Shown: positions 1 to 12,849 of the stretch, in pieces | Layout: the number at the start of each line of letters is the position of its first letter | Numbering within the stretch: the stretch's first letter is position 1 | NCBI GenBank assembly: GCA_030390025.1 | Contig: CM059432.1 | Span: 126,358,001 to 126,422,000 of the forward strand | Direction: 5' to 3' | Length of the DNA stretch: 64,000 nt | DNA from: Squalus acanthias | Taxonomy: Eukaryota | Made by a program: the position numbers and the translations under genes | Notes under the pieces: model-generated | Database searches by the model: none | What the model saw: the letters and a program-made list of their open reading frames with translations, nothing else | What the model was told of the DNA's origin: nothing

Positions 1-172
1 AAAGTACAATTTTAATCTTTTTTTAAACAATACTTGTTTTAACAACAGGACTGATTTATAAATGGAATGTTGTCAGCAAGTGGCATATGATTGTTGGGAG
101 GATTGAAAAAATGCACAAATGATTTTCAATTGATCCTAAAGCTACACATCACAGGCAGTACTTAAATACTAA

Positions 173-1926
173 GGGCTGAATTTTGCCGGCGCTCAGAGGG
201 CAGGTTTGGAGGCGGGTCCGCTGTCAACCTGTCTCCACGCGAATCTCCCAGGTGTCGGGTCTGTCTACACAGAACTGACCCAATACCAAGCGGCGGGGGA
301 GATAATTGAGATCATTAAATGGCTTGTTAACAGCCAATTTAATGCTATTTTGAGCCTACCTTGTAATTTTACGTGCTCCCCACGGGTTACCTGCTGCTCG
401 GGGAATACACCAGCTCACCCTGGCATTAGTTGAGTCTGCTTTGATTTATCAGATAACCTGACAGCTGCAGAAGTGGTATAAAGGATGCCATGTTGCAGCT
501 GTTCAGTTTCAGAGCTCAGAAACTGTTGGTTACTTCATTTGTAAGACATATAGAGATTTCTTTAGCTTGCAAGTGTTTAGAGCCAACTGTATATCCAGTG
601 GCACCTCATTGAAACAATCTCTCTCACCACTGACAGATTGCTTCTGTCATCTCAACTGCAGCTGCCATCTATTGCAGCCCTTGAAAAAAATCACACCTTG
701 GTCCTCTGAATCCTTCCACAATCAGCCTCAACACCAACATCACCAGGCACAGCAACATCACCAACAACATCACCAACCTTCGCCGCCATCACCTGATGCT
801 GCACAGACCACAGGGCATCAGCACCCGAGCACATTGCTGCTCGGGAGGCCAGCGATGGCATCACCATGGCCAGATTTACTTCACCTGACACTGTACACAC
901 TGGCTGCCACATGATGCGGCAGGTTGACACCATCCCACACCAGCACCATAAAGCATCCCTATAATGTCCAAGCCATTCCTTTCACACTCATCACAATAGC
1001 TGGGGGGGGGGGGCGGGGGGGAAAGAGTTATGTCTCAACAGTCACTGGAACTCACTAAGACACTTCTCAAGGTGCACACAGATCTGTCCAATAAGATGAA
1101 GTGCTGAAAATATAGATTTCAATGTATGACAACACAAACAGCAACTTCACATGAACATTGGCTAAACCTCTCAAGTGTCTACCCTTGTGTGTTGTTAGTT
1201 GGTATGCTTGCTGTAGGATGAGGGTGAGTGTGAGGGGTGGCTAGTGAGATGGGGAAGTGATAATGTAGATAGAGAGGGATGGGTGGCGGTGCAAGTTAAG
1301 TTGGTGTGAGTAAGGATGTGCAGGAGTAGGATAGGGAAGGCAGAGTGATGGGGATGGGATGAGTGGCACAGCAGGATGAGGTTGAGTGTGGCTTTGCAGT
1401 AATGTTTCATGATCTACTGAGTTCATTGAAAGGTTGGCGCCACTGCAGCCAGGGACTCCTGACGACATCCCTGCTTGTGTCCTCCTGTGCAATGTGCAAC
1501 CAGACTGCTTTGATCTCCTGGGGAGGTCTCTTCCGCCCATTGGAAGGGAAGAGAATCTCCCTGCGTGCTGTGACTCCCTCCATAAGCATATGGAGGGAAT
1601 CATGCGTGAGCCTGGGTGCAGACATGCACCTTTGTGCAGTGCTCGTCAGTGTTTGCAGCACCTCAATGCTGCAGAAAACACTGACAGCACAACTGTCAAA
1701 ATCAAGGTGGCCGTGGTCCCTTTAAGGAAACCGGCTGATGACACGTCATCAAAGGACGTCATCAGACCCGTTTCCTGTTAATTGGCCAGGAACCCCGCAG
1801 GGCGGGCTTAATAAGGCCAATCTACAGAAAATCATTTTCAGAGAGCGGCTGCAGACGGGAGCGGGACCGGAACCCACCAACCAGCTCTCCCGCCGCCATC
1901 CCGCCTCCGCAAGGAAAATCCAGCCC
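173..1926. mobile_element. PIF/Harbinger DNA transposon, internally deleted
   Basis: TIRs GGGCTGAATTTTGC / GGAAAATCCAGCCC (12/14 match) flanked by TAA at 170-172 and 1927-1929. Contains a minus-strand Myb/SANT-like ORF and a plus-strand Q/H-rich stretch (~700-830) resembling a Harbinger transposase N-terminus. Confidence 0.85.
1407..1661 (-). pseudogene. Harbinger Myb/SANT-like DNA-binding protein fragment (NAIF1/MSANTD-like)
   Basis: APRLTHDSLHMLMEGVTARREILFP..RKRPPQEIKAVWLHIAQEDTSRDVVRSPWLQWRQPFNEL matches the trihelix Myb/SANT pattern of Harbinger accessory proteins. Confidence 0.8.
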
Positions 1927-2974
1927 TAAGGGTTTTATTCAGTGTGGAGACAAATTTTACATTATTCTATTTTGTACGTCTCATGTCACAAGAACACTGT
2001 TTTAAACGTTCCCTTAAATAAAGCATTTACCAGAACGTTTAATTCAAGGCTTGCCACATGAATATACAGTGGGGCATGAGGAGATTGAATGGCAGTTTAG
2101 AAAGCAGGCAAAGCAGCATGCAGCTGGAGTCACCCTTAAGCCGTGAAACAAGTTGAATATGGTATTTGACTGTCTCGTCTCTCCCTGTACTACATATTTA
2201 GCTCCATTTGCCCCTTGCTGACATTTGTAATATTTATATGCTGCAATCTGCTTCATTTTATACTACACACCAGCACTTCACACTGAAATATTAAGATTCA
2301 GTAAGTGCCAGTCATAACTGTTTGTGCAGATGGCCAGACTCAGGCTGCACCCAAACTCGGATTCAATTTTCCATCCAGTTTCATTTTTTTTTTTAAAGTT
2401 ATTTTTTATCTCGCATTGTGTCTGGTTTGCTTTTAAAAACTCCCCACAATATTCTCCTTTTTTTCTGCCTTCATCTCCTGGCATCTTGCTGGGATACAAC
2501 TCCACCGATGCCAGCAGGAGTGGACTGAGCAGCAATGGGGAATTAAATATTAATACATCATGGGTATTTCCACCAGTAGAGTATAGGCATAAACATGTTG
2601 TGGATCAGGGCCGATAATATCTGTGCCATTCTACATTGGTGAATTTTGAGGTAGATCAAACTTCTAATTATGGACGTACCGGGTACATCCGCACCGTTGA
2701 TCATTTAAAAATGAGAACACAGGACCCCGCAACTGACAAATCCAAATTTATAACAATTGCAGATGTATAATTATAACTATTATGAAATTTGCTTTTTTTG
2801 TCTTTGATACATTATTCAAACTCATTTTTGTTCTCAGGTAACTGATTTTTTGTTTCATAAATAGACCTCAGCAGAACCACACACGTCAAACAAACAATTG
2901 CACAAAAAACTGGCACTGAGAATCTAAACATGGATTTACCATATCCAGCAGGTTTCTGCAACCACCAATGTTAA

Positions 2975-3935
2975 TAACAACAACATCTATATAGCACCTT
3001 TGACTTAGAAAAACATCCCAAGGTGCTTCACGGAGGCACAAGGAATAAAATGGGCGCTGAGCCAAAGGAGCAGATATCAGGAGAGGTAATAGGGAGGGTC
3101 AAGGTCATGGAGGGATTTAAACTTAAGGGTGATCATTTTAAATTTGAGACACTGGGGGACCGAGACCAATGTAAGTGTCATGGGCAAGTGGAACTTGGTG
3201 CAGGATAGCATACAGGTAGCAGAGTTTTGGATAAGCTGAAGTTTATGGAGGATGCGAGGCTGGCCAGGAGAGTATTGGAATAGTTAAGTCTGGAAGTAAC
3301 AAAGGCATGGATGAGGGTTTTAGCGATAGATGGGCTGAGGTAAGGTGGGAAGTAGGCAATGTTACAGAGGTGGAAGTAAGCAGTCTTTCTGATGGAGATG
3401 ATTTAGGGTCAGAAACTCAGCCTGGGGTTGAATAGGACACCAAAATGGGCAACAGTTTGGTTCAGCCCGTGACAGTGGCCAGGCAGGGTGATGGAGTCGG
3501 TGGCATGCCATGGCTAAAGGAAATCGTAGCTCATCAAAGATTGGATGTTGAACAAGCAGTCTGACAGCTCAGAGATAACTGAGCGGTCGAGAAAGGCAGT
3601 GGAGAGGTAGAGATGAGTGTTATCGGAAGCTGATCCCATGGTTGTATTGCCAAGGGGCAGCATGTAGATGTGGTAGCGAAGGCAGCCAAGGATGACTTGT
3701 GTTACCTGAGGTAACTGTTCAGGGGTGGGAACAGATGCTCCACCTACAATCAAATAAACCAAAATTAAACCAAGCAAGGGCACACCCACTGAGCTAGAAA
3801 ACAGAGGCGAAGTGCTGGAGGAGGAAGGTGTGGTCGACCATGACAAAGGTCGCAGAGTGGTCAAGGAGAACGAGGAGGGATAATGCACCATAGTTAGTCA
3901 GAAAAAGTTGTCTGACTTTGGTTAGGATCATTTTA
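2975..3935 (-). mobile_element. L2 LINE 3' fragment, degenerate
   Basis: Minus translation DNTHLYLST..SELSDCLFNIQSLMSYDFL (L2 RT C-terminal region), with an L2-type 3' end near 2975. Confidence 0.75.
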
Positions 3936-4074
3936 GTGCAGGGTGGAGATAAGTAAAGAGATGAGACCAAAGCAAAAGAAAATATAGGCAATAATAAACA
4001 GTAAATCTCTCATTCATGGAAGCAGCAGTAGAAGGACTGATCGTCTTGGATGATAAGCATGGTCACATATGTGA

Positions 4075-4262
4075 CTTACGGACTAAGACTAGCAGGATTC
4101 TTGCCTTGTGCGTGACTGACTAAACAGGACTGAAAGCATGGTTTGCCTTGTATATGACTGACCAAACAGGATTGGGAGCAAGGATTTCCTTGTCTGTGGC
4201 TGACACTTCAAGACTGAGAACATGGTTGGCCTTATGTGTGACTGACAGAGCAAGACTGGATT
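4075..4262. repeat. Degenerate ~42-bp tandem repeat, about 4-5 copies
   Basis: Recurring GACTGAC.AAACAGGA.TG.AAGCA.GG.TT.CCTTGT units. Confidence 0.65.
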
Positions 4263-4369
4263 GACTTTTGAGAACATAAAAGGCAGGCTGGATAAAAGCT
4301 CAATTCTGGCATCGTTTGACTGCGATACTGTATTTCTCTAGAACTAACAAAAACAACTATTTAATACTT

Positions 4370-4583
4370 ACAAAAGCAAAATACTGCGGATGCTAGAAAT
4401 CTGAAATAAAAACAGAAAATGCTGGAATACTCAGCATCTGTGGAGAGAGAAACAGAGTTAACGTTTCAGGTCGATGACCTTTCGTCAGAACTCTGACCTG
4501 AAACTCTGAACGTTAACTCTGTTTCTCTCCCCACAGATGCTGCCTGACCTGCTGAGTATTTCCAGCATTTGCTGTTTTTGTTT
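4370..4583. mobile_element. Penelope-derived fold-back (inverted pseudo-LTR) mini-element
   Basis: Arms ~4405-4465 and ~4509-4583 are inverted copies of the terminal sequence of the Penelope element at ~50940-51013. Confidence 0.8.
4453..4495 (-). ncRNA. Minimal type I hammerhead ribozyme motif (Penelope-type)
   Basis: Minus strand CAGAGUU-CUGACGA-A-AGGUC(AUC)GACCU-GAAA-CGUU^AACUCUG: intact core, 7-bp stem I, 5-bp stem II, loopless palindromic stem III (ACGU). Confidence 0.8.
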
Positions 4584-5206
4584 AAAACCCTTGGCTGGTT
4601 AATCTGGATTTGGCTTCTCTTTTGCCCCAAATTTGATCAGATCACATAATTAATATCATAAACTAGTTTATAGCATAAGGTTTAAAAGTTCCACTTTTTA
4701 GTTCTACCTATTTGTTGCAACAGGATTTTGCACCACTACATACTGTAGGCAGGGACTTCTGTTCCCCTCAGAATTCTTGCCTGTGGTATGCAATGGCTGG
4801 AATCACCAAGTCTGCTGATTTTTGCCAGCAAACACTGACACATGGTCTGGGCCCGCAAAACGTGCCAGTCAGCGTGAAATCCCACAGTTAGCATGCATGA
4901 GGTCATCTCGTTCAGCTGAATTTTCTTTTCTAAAATGTGGTTTCAGATGAAGGTCTCAATTACATTTTAGTTTTATTTAGAAATTTAAAGAAAAGCATGT
5001 GCCCACTGCATCTTTATGTTATCACTTGACAATGAGTCACCAGCAAAAAGACAGAAAGCTGTATTTTACAGATTAATTGCACAATGAATTTGGGCCAATT
5101 CATGCCATGAAATGCCTGTACTATACCTTCTGATCATCTGCTTTACACAGTGCTCCACCACAAGAGGCATGTGCAGACAGATATGGTGCGTGTGTGTGTG
5201 CACGCC

Positions 5207-5333
5207 ATAGGAACAGGAGCAGGCCATTCAGCCCCTTGAGCCTGTTCCGCCATTCAATTAGATCATGGCTGATCTGTATCTTAACACCATTTACCCGCCC
5301 TTGTTCCATATCCCTTGATACCCTTACCTACCA
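5207..5333 (-). mobile_element. CR1 LINE 3' tail fragment
   Basis: CATAGGAACAGGAGCAGGCCATTCAGCCC..GATCATGGCTGATC, the same 3' UTR as other CR1 copies in the window. Confidence 0.8.
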
Positions 5334-5929
5334 ATTTTTTTAAAGCATTTTTAATAAGCGTCTATCAATATTTTACTGAGAATTCCTCAATGTTACTGTT
5401 CAACACTGAAGACACTTAATATAGAAAATATCACTCCACATAATTGCGGGCTGATTATGTGGCTGCTGTACAGCAATGATGCTGTGACTGTTCCGGCGAT
5501 CACTGCAGGAATGAACCGACTGTCCTCAGCCAATAATCCAAGGCCAAAGTATTTGAATATTCTGGCACTCTAGGTGTATTGTGAGGTGCACAGGGGGCAA
5601 GGCCCAAAGTTTTGGGTATCCACCACCAGTGAAGGGTTGCTGCTGCCCACGAAGCCCCGGGGGGGCAGGGGAGGAGGAAGTGGGGTGGGTTAGAGCAAAA
5701 GGACAGGGACTCCTGTTCCCCTTAGAATTCCTGCCTGTAGTATGCAGTGGCTGGAATCACAAATACACCAAAATACAGCTTCCCCCACTGCACAAGTAGT
5801 CTATGCCAATTATGAGGGAGGGGCACATTTCCATCAAACAACAGAGCCAGAGCAGCCCTCTATGCTGCAGGCACAAGCTTGGCTACACATTGGGCCAAAT
5901 CAACTGCATTTTTTCCATTATTGTAAAAC

Positions 5930-6320
5930 TGGGGCTAGTGGACTTATCCAGTGAATAACCGAGCCATATAGGCCAGGAAGGTCCCAGATTTGATACCAGT
6001 CTGTACTGAATCAGCTGATTTAAGCCAGGGGGTGCAGGAATGCAGGATTGCCCTCCGCACCCCCATGTTGGGGAGGGGAAAAATCGGTCAGGGCTCACTC
6101 TATAGATCGCTATCCAGTGACCACTACTGAATGTCTACAAATGTGCACTTTGTATGAGGAAAGGATCGGGTTCGATTGCGCTAAATACTTCAGTCGAATA
6201 GAGTGCGAACAATCACTGTTAAAGGTTCAAATGTGACAAATGACCAGTTAGGTGAGGTACGAAAGGGCGAGTAGTGCCTGTGGAAATGTACCCAGCAAGG
6301 CGGGGAGGAGAAAAAGTTGA
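5930..6320 (+). mobile_element. SINE-like interspersed repeat, probably tRNA-derived
   Basis: Decayed B-box-like head (GGTCCCAGATTTGATACC); related sequence in reverse orientation at ~58820-59090. Confidence 0.5.
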
Positions 6321-6785
6321 CAAAGAAAACAATAAAAAACTAAAATCAGTGTTCATTTTGTGCAGTCTTCACATGAACTACCAGTGAGTGAAGCTGAAAT
6401 GCTTCACAAAGCAGTGCCTACAATCTCTGACAAGCATATTACACTTCCTTCACAGTACGGTTAATGATATTTTCACTCTTACTCTTCTGTATTACTAAGA
6501 AAGCAGCAAATGCAGTCTTACCAACACTATCATTCAAGGGGAGATCACGATCTCCCACTTCAGGATCACGATCTGACAGCAGCATGGACAGTGCCAGTAA
6601 CGTCTGACATTTCCAATTGCCATCTCTCATTGGAGAGCAAGAAAAAGCAAGGCAATGGTAAGTAAGTGTGGCTATTCCAGCAGTCACGAAAGCCTTCTAT
6701 TACAACTGTTATGATAGAAAACACTTACAAATCTTACAGCTGGGTGGGCGTGCAGGAGAAATAAAACAGAAAAAGGCAGACAGAG

Positions 6786-7488
6786 GGGTAAATTCTCAAC
6801 TTGCCACCGAGCGTAAAACTGGTGTTGTCCGTTATAGAAACCGCCCGATTTTCACTTCGTGTGGTTTCTATAATGGGCGGCCAATCCACAAATCGGGTAC
6901 GACTGTGACTTTTGGGTGCCCGACAGGCGGAGCGCGCCTCATTTGAATTTGTCAGGCGAACTGCAGACGCGGAATAGGCGTCCTTAAAAAAGCTTTGCCG
7001 CTCTTCGGCCTCAGGAATGTCGGCCGGCTGGGACACCAGCCGAGGCCCACAGGAAGGTTGGGGGGGAGGCGCAATACTGAGGTTGGGCGAGGCCGGGCTT
7101 TTAGCGGCCCACAGTATTTTTGAGGAGGCAGGAGGAGCGCTCTTTCCAGCTCCACAAAATAGACATTTTTTTTTAAATGTTCCGGCCGTTTCCTGATCAG
7201 AACGCCAGTGCACATGGGCACAGCCTCACAAGCTCTGCCCATGCGTCTCTTAAAATTGCAATCGGGGTCCTAACGATATCCTTAAGACCCCGATCTACCA
7301 GGCAGACTCTTCAGCCGCCCAACTGTCGGCCCCTGTGAAAGCTCCAGTGGGCCAATCCTCAGGGTTAACGGGGCGAAGGCTACCAACCCCATTTTTAGGC
7401 CATAACCGCCCTGTTAATACCGATATTCCCAAGTGACAAATCGGCCCCCAACAGTTTCACACCCGGGCGGCAAGTTGAAACTCTACCC
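6786..7488. mobile_element. Non-autonomous MITE (Harbinger-like)
   Basis: Imperfect TIRs GGGTAAATTCTCAACTTGCC / GGCAAGTTGAAACTCTACCC; GC-rich interior without a credible ORF. Confidence 0.7.
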
Positions 7489-8756
7489 AGTGAAAAGAGG
7501 GAAAAAAAAGGCACGGAAAAGAGGATGAGTAAAAAGAATTTTTAATGTTTCTGCAGCCGATGTGGCAGATATAGCTTTTTAAATATATAGATTTTGTTTC
7601 TGGCACAAGTCAGATGTACCTCTTGTGATTTGACGTCACATACCTAGGATTTGTCCAATGCTGAAAGTTCTGCTCAAGATCAAACCTCTCCCATCGACCC
7701 GCCTGTCGCCAATTCACACAAGTGTCTCACAGGCTGTAAGTTTCAATTTGAACGTGGCTTGAATCAACTGAAGGCAGTCAGGTAGCAAAAACATGGCCTT
7801 CAGGATTGTAGGATGGTAATCAAATTATATCTAGCTTAACTTAAACCCACAGCTGTTCTCTCATCCTCTTCGGTTTAAGCTTGATTTTTTAATGGAAGAG
7901 ATCAACATCTTTAAAATGTTAGCACATGCTATCTCGGTAGATGTATTGCGTTGTAATGCTCTGCATTTGGCCAAAACGCAAGATGATGAAAGTAGCGCAA
8001 AACAGGCAATAGTGTATCTGCAGCCCATTTTACACTCTGCCTGATTTTCTATTTCCATGGGCTTCACACCCCAATCTTCTAATCAAATCAAGAAATAAAT
8101 ATTTACCAAAATTGGTTCTTCATATGCCACAAACTAACAATTATGACATAGTAGGAATCAACAAAAAAAAATTCAGTTTTACTCATATTTAATTATGGTT
8201 TGTACAATTACCAGTGAAAAAGTTACCGTGATTTAAAACTGGCTAAAAGAAAGATATGACGCCACTCCCACGGTGGAAACAGTGCGGAGCAGGACAACCG
8301 CCGAACAGACTGTACGTGGCCGTTCCTACTGGATCTTCCAATTACACTCTAATTATGTATGCATAGCAAGCTCCCATCTGCTGCACAGGTTGCTCACATG
8401 CACAAAGGCAAGCTTTCTGAGCACGACTGCAGCAATTTAAAGGGCTGCAGCAGTGAAGTACAGTCCCCACCATTTACAGTGGGCCAGTTTGTGGGGATGC
8501 GATTTGCCCACTATGTGCGGTGGCTGGTGTATCGGATTAGATCAATTTCAAGCAGAAAAGAGAATCTTCAAAGTAGCGGTCAGGAAGTGGCCCCTTGGAG
8601 GCAGTCTCTCCACTTTTGCTCCAACAGTTAACTACAATACATCGTAGATAAGGAAAGGGAGTCCCAATAGAGTGCATTGTAGGAACTGACTTTTTTGTGC
8701 CGAGGAAGCGGCAAAAAGGTTTTATATTTACATATTTCTGAAATGCCAATGATCGT

Positions 8757-9470
8757 GAACATAAAAAAAATAGGAGCAGGAGTAGGCCATACGGCTCCTC
8801 GAGCCTGCTCCCTCATTCAGTCAGATCATGGCCTGAGTTCTACATCAACTCCACTTTCCCACCCTATCCCCATAACCCTCTATTCCATTAGTACTCACGA
8901 ATGTATCGACCTCAGTCTTGAATATACTCAACAACTGAGCATCTCAACACTCTGAGTGAAGAAACTTTTCCTCATCTCAGTCCTAATGGCCAACCCCTTA
9001 TCCTGAGACGCTGTCCCCTAGTTCTAGACTCCCCAGCCAGGGGAAACAGCCTCTCAGCATCTATTCTGTCAAGCCCTCTAAGAATTTTATGTTTCAATGA
9101 GACCACCTCTCATTCTTCTGAACTCCAGAGAAAATGGGCCCATTCTTCTTAATCTCTTCTCACAGGACAGCCCACTCATCCCAGGAATCAATCTAGTGAA
9201 CCTTCGTTGCACCGCCTCGAAGGCAAGTATATCCTTCCTTAGGTAAGGAGACCAAAACTGTGCAGTACTCCAGGTGTGGTCTCACCAAAGCCTTACATAA
9301 TTGCAGCAAGACTTCCTTACACTTGTACTCCAAATCCCTTGCAATAAAGGCTAACCATACCATTTGCCTACCTAATTGCTTGCTGTACCTGCATGGTAAC
9401 TTTCTGTGATTCGTGTACAAGAACACCCAAATTTCTAGTCTCTCACCTATTAAAAAAATATCCTGCTTTA
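8757..9470 (-). mobile_element. CR1 LINE, 5'-truncated
   Basis: LEYKCKEVLLQLCKALVRPHLEYC (CR1 ORF2 C-terminus) plus CR1 3' UTR. Confidence 0.9.
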
Positions 9471-10104
9471 CTGCTTTTGATGCCGATAAAAGTATAATTG
9501 AAAATTTTTACAACCCGCCAGGCACTGGGTGTGAAATTGACGAAGCTTGAATAACTATCCATATAAACTCCTTACAGCTTTTCCAGCAAGATAGGACGAC
9601 AGCGCGTGCGAGAGAAATTGTTACGGGGTTGATTACACCAAGATCAATCGGTCATTAAAAGTTCACTAGGCTGGGTTTGTGTGCCAGGATCATTATCAAA
9701 CCTAATTACAAAGAATGAAGGGTAGAGTTCCCTTTTAATCACGCCTGTTGCTTTCCCTTGCAATGCTTTAGATTTTGGGAATAGATCAAATGAAGCTTGC
9801 TGTGAAAGCAGGTGATTGCAACAATACAACCTCCACAGGACGTAATGACAGATAATCACACTTTAACGAAGTGCGAGAAGGTGCTGAACTGTGCAAAATA
9901 GCCGGCTCGCTCAATACAGTTCAAGCCTCGTCTTAGTAATTGACGCCTATGGTAATGACAAATGGCCAGTAACATTTGCCTGATATGGGCGGTGTCCGGG
10001 ATAAACTTGGACGATGCAAGTAGTGGGGACTGTATGACATTTTTCCTTCCTTCCCTTCCATAACCCACTTTTGATATAAAAATTAAATTACACCTGGCAG
10101 ACAA

Positions 10105-12165
10105 ACTTGGAGAGAACCTTCGTTAGACTACACTTGGAGTACTGTGAACGGTTCTGGTCTCCATATTATAAAAAAGGACATAAAGGCACTGCAAAGGTGC
10201 AAAAAAGATTTACTAGAATAAGAAGAACATAAAGAACATAAGAAATAGGAGCAGGAGTAGGCCATTCGGCCCTTCAAGCCTGCTCCACCATTCAATAAGA
10301 TCATGGCTGATCTTCTACCTCAACTCCACTTTCCTGCACTATCCCCATATCCCTTGATTCCCTTAATATCCAAAAATCTATCGATCTCTGTCTTGAATAT
10401 ACTCAATGACTGAATATCCACAGCCCTCTGGAGTAGAGAATTCCAAAGATTCACCACCCTCTGAGTGAAGAAATTTCTCATCTCAGTCCTAAACCCCTTA
10501 TTCTGAGGCTGTGACCCCTGGTTCTAGACTCCTCTGCCGGGGAAACATTCTCCCAGCATCTACCCTGTCAAGCCCTGTAAGAATTTTATATGTTTCAATG
10601 AGATTACCTCTCATTCTTCTAAATTTTATAGAATATAGGCCTAGTCTCCTCAAATCTCTCCTCATAGGACAATCCCCCCATCCCAGGAATCAGTCTAGTG
10701 AACCTTTGTTGCACTCCCTCTAAGGCAAGTATATCCTTCCTTAGTTAAGGACACCAAGACAGTACACAGTACTCCAGGTGTGATCTCACCAAGGTCCTAT
10801 ATAACTGCAGTAAGACTTCTTTACTCTTATACTCCAATCCTTTTGTAATAAAGACGAACATACCATTAGCTTTCCTAATTGATTGCTGTACCTGCATGTT
10901 AACTTTCAGCGATTTCTGTACAAGGACACCTAGGTCCCTCTGAACACCAACATTTCCCAATCTCTCACCATTTAAAAATAATCTGCTTTTCTATTTTTCA
11001 TACCAAAGTGGATAATTTCACATTTCTCCACATTATATTCCATCTGCCATGTTCTTGCCCACTCACATAACCTGCCTATATCCCTTTGCATGCTCCTCAC
11101 AACTTACTTTCCCACCTAGCTTTGTATCGTCAGCAAACTTGGATGCATTACACTCAGTTCCTTCATCTAAGTCATTGATATAGATTGTAAATAGCTGAGG
11201 CTCAAGCACTGATCCTTGCGGCACCCCACTAGTTACAGCCTGCCATCCTGAAAATGACCTGGTTATTCCTACTCTCTGTTTTTTTTCCGTTAACCAATCC
11301 TTAATCCATGCTAATATATTACCCCCAATCCCATGAGCCCTAATTTTGTGTAATAACCTGCTGTGTAGCACCTTATCGAATGCTTTCTGAAAATCCAAAT
11401 ATACGACATCCACTGGTTCCCCTTTATCTACCCTGCTAGTTACAACGTCAAAAAACTTTATTAGATTTGTCAAACATGATTTTCCTTTCATAAATCCGTG
11501 TTGACTCTGCCTAATCATATTATCATTTTCTAAGTGCCCTGTTGCCACGTCCCTAATAATAGATTCTAGCATTTTCCCTACTACTGTCAAGCTAACTAGT
11601 CTATAGTTCCCGGTTTTCTCTATCTCTCCTTTCTTGAATAGTTTTCTCTCTCCTGCCTTTCTTGAATCCAATTCTTGGATACCAGAACTGAAAGGTAATA
11701 CCTATCAGGAAAGATTGAACAGGCTGGGTCTCTTTTCTCTAGAAAAAAGACTGAGGGGTGAACTGATAGAGGTCTTTAAGATTATGAAAGGGTTTGATAG
11801 GGTAGACATAGAGAAGATGTTTCCACTTGTGGGGGAAACCAAAACTAGGGACTATAAATAGAAGATAGTCACTAATACCATAAATATAAGATAGTCACGA
11901 ATAAATCCAATAGGGAATTTAGCAGAAACTTCTTTACCCAGAAAGCGGTTAGAATGTGGAACGCGCTACCACAAGGATTAGTTGAGGCGACTAGCATAGA
12001 TGCATTTGAGGGAAAGCTAGATAAACACATGAGGGAGAAAGGAATAGAAGGATATGTTGATGGGGTTAGATGAAGAAGGGTGGGAGGAGGCTCGTGTGGA
12101 GCATAAACACTGGCATGGATCTGCTGGGTCAAATGGCCTGTTTCTGTGCTGTAAGTATAATGTAA
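10105..12165 (+). mobile_element. CR1 LINE 3' part, split by a nested antisense CR1
   Basis: VRLHLEYC..KRFTR at 10120-10218 resumes as IPELKGNTYQERLNRLGLFSLEK at ~11678. Confidence 0.85.
10222..11660 (-). mobile_element. CR1 LINE (RT domain plus 3' end) nested in another CR1
   Basis: QHGFMKGKSCLTNL, YLDFQKAFDKV, GVPQGSVL and FADD motifs; (TTCTTATG)n-type tail at ~10222. Confidence 0.93.
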
Positions 12166-12849
12166 AGCTATGCCGACTTTCCCTGATGACTTCATACTTT
12201 TCTAGATGTTTTACGATACTCTTCTTCAGTCACACCAGGAGCTAGATGCTTCCCTTTCCGCCAGGGTTGCTCACCCGTCTGACCCCAACCCATTTTCCTA
12301 GGTTGGAGGTCGTTATGATGCAGTGGGAGCTCCCAGCAGAATTCCCGCCACCAACAGAGAGTCTTCCACAGCCTTATCAGAGAATCCAGTGGTGCTGCAG
12401 TGGGATTGCTGCGTCAGCACCAAAAGAGGTGGAGAGAGCACTTAAAAAGGGCAGACGAGCTGCAAGGAAGAATTTAGATAAAATTTTTGTAGGCCTCAGC
12501 TGAGTCTGAAGCCCACAAAGGTAGGTTTTTGGGCCTATTTGGAGGCAGAGAAGGCTATTACTAGGCCCTCTCGCTCTATCCTAATATTCTGGGGCCTTCG
12601 CTCCACTACTCCAGACTTCTCCTGGCATTCATAGAATGCAGTGGAAGCAGATACGATGGCAGGAACATCTGCCAAAGCCTGGGACCCGCTTCTGTGTTCG
12701 TATTTGCTTGTGGCGGGGCCAGGGGTGATGGGAGGGAAGTTAATGTTGGGGCAGGGAGGTGACAGTAGATCTTGCTGCCAGATTTCACCCCATTTTTCAT
12801 CACTGTTTCCCCTTACTGAAGCCTCCCTGCCTGGCTATACCTGTCCCGC

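Noticed and set aside
567..914. Q/H-rich ORF as a host transcription factor
   Set aside because: Lies inside the Harbinger TIRs and is better explained as a transposase remnant
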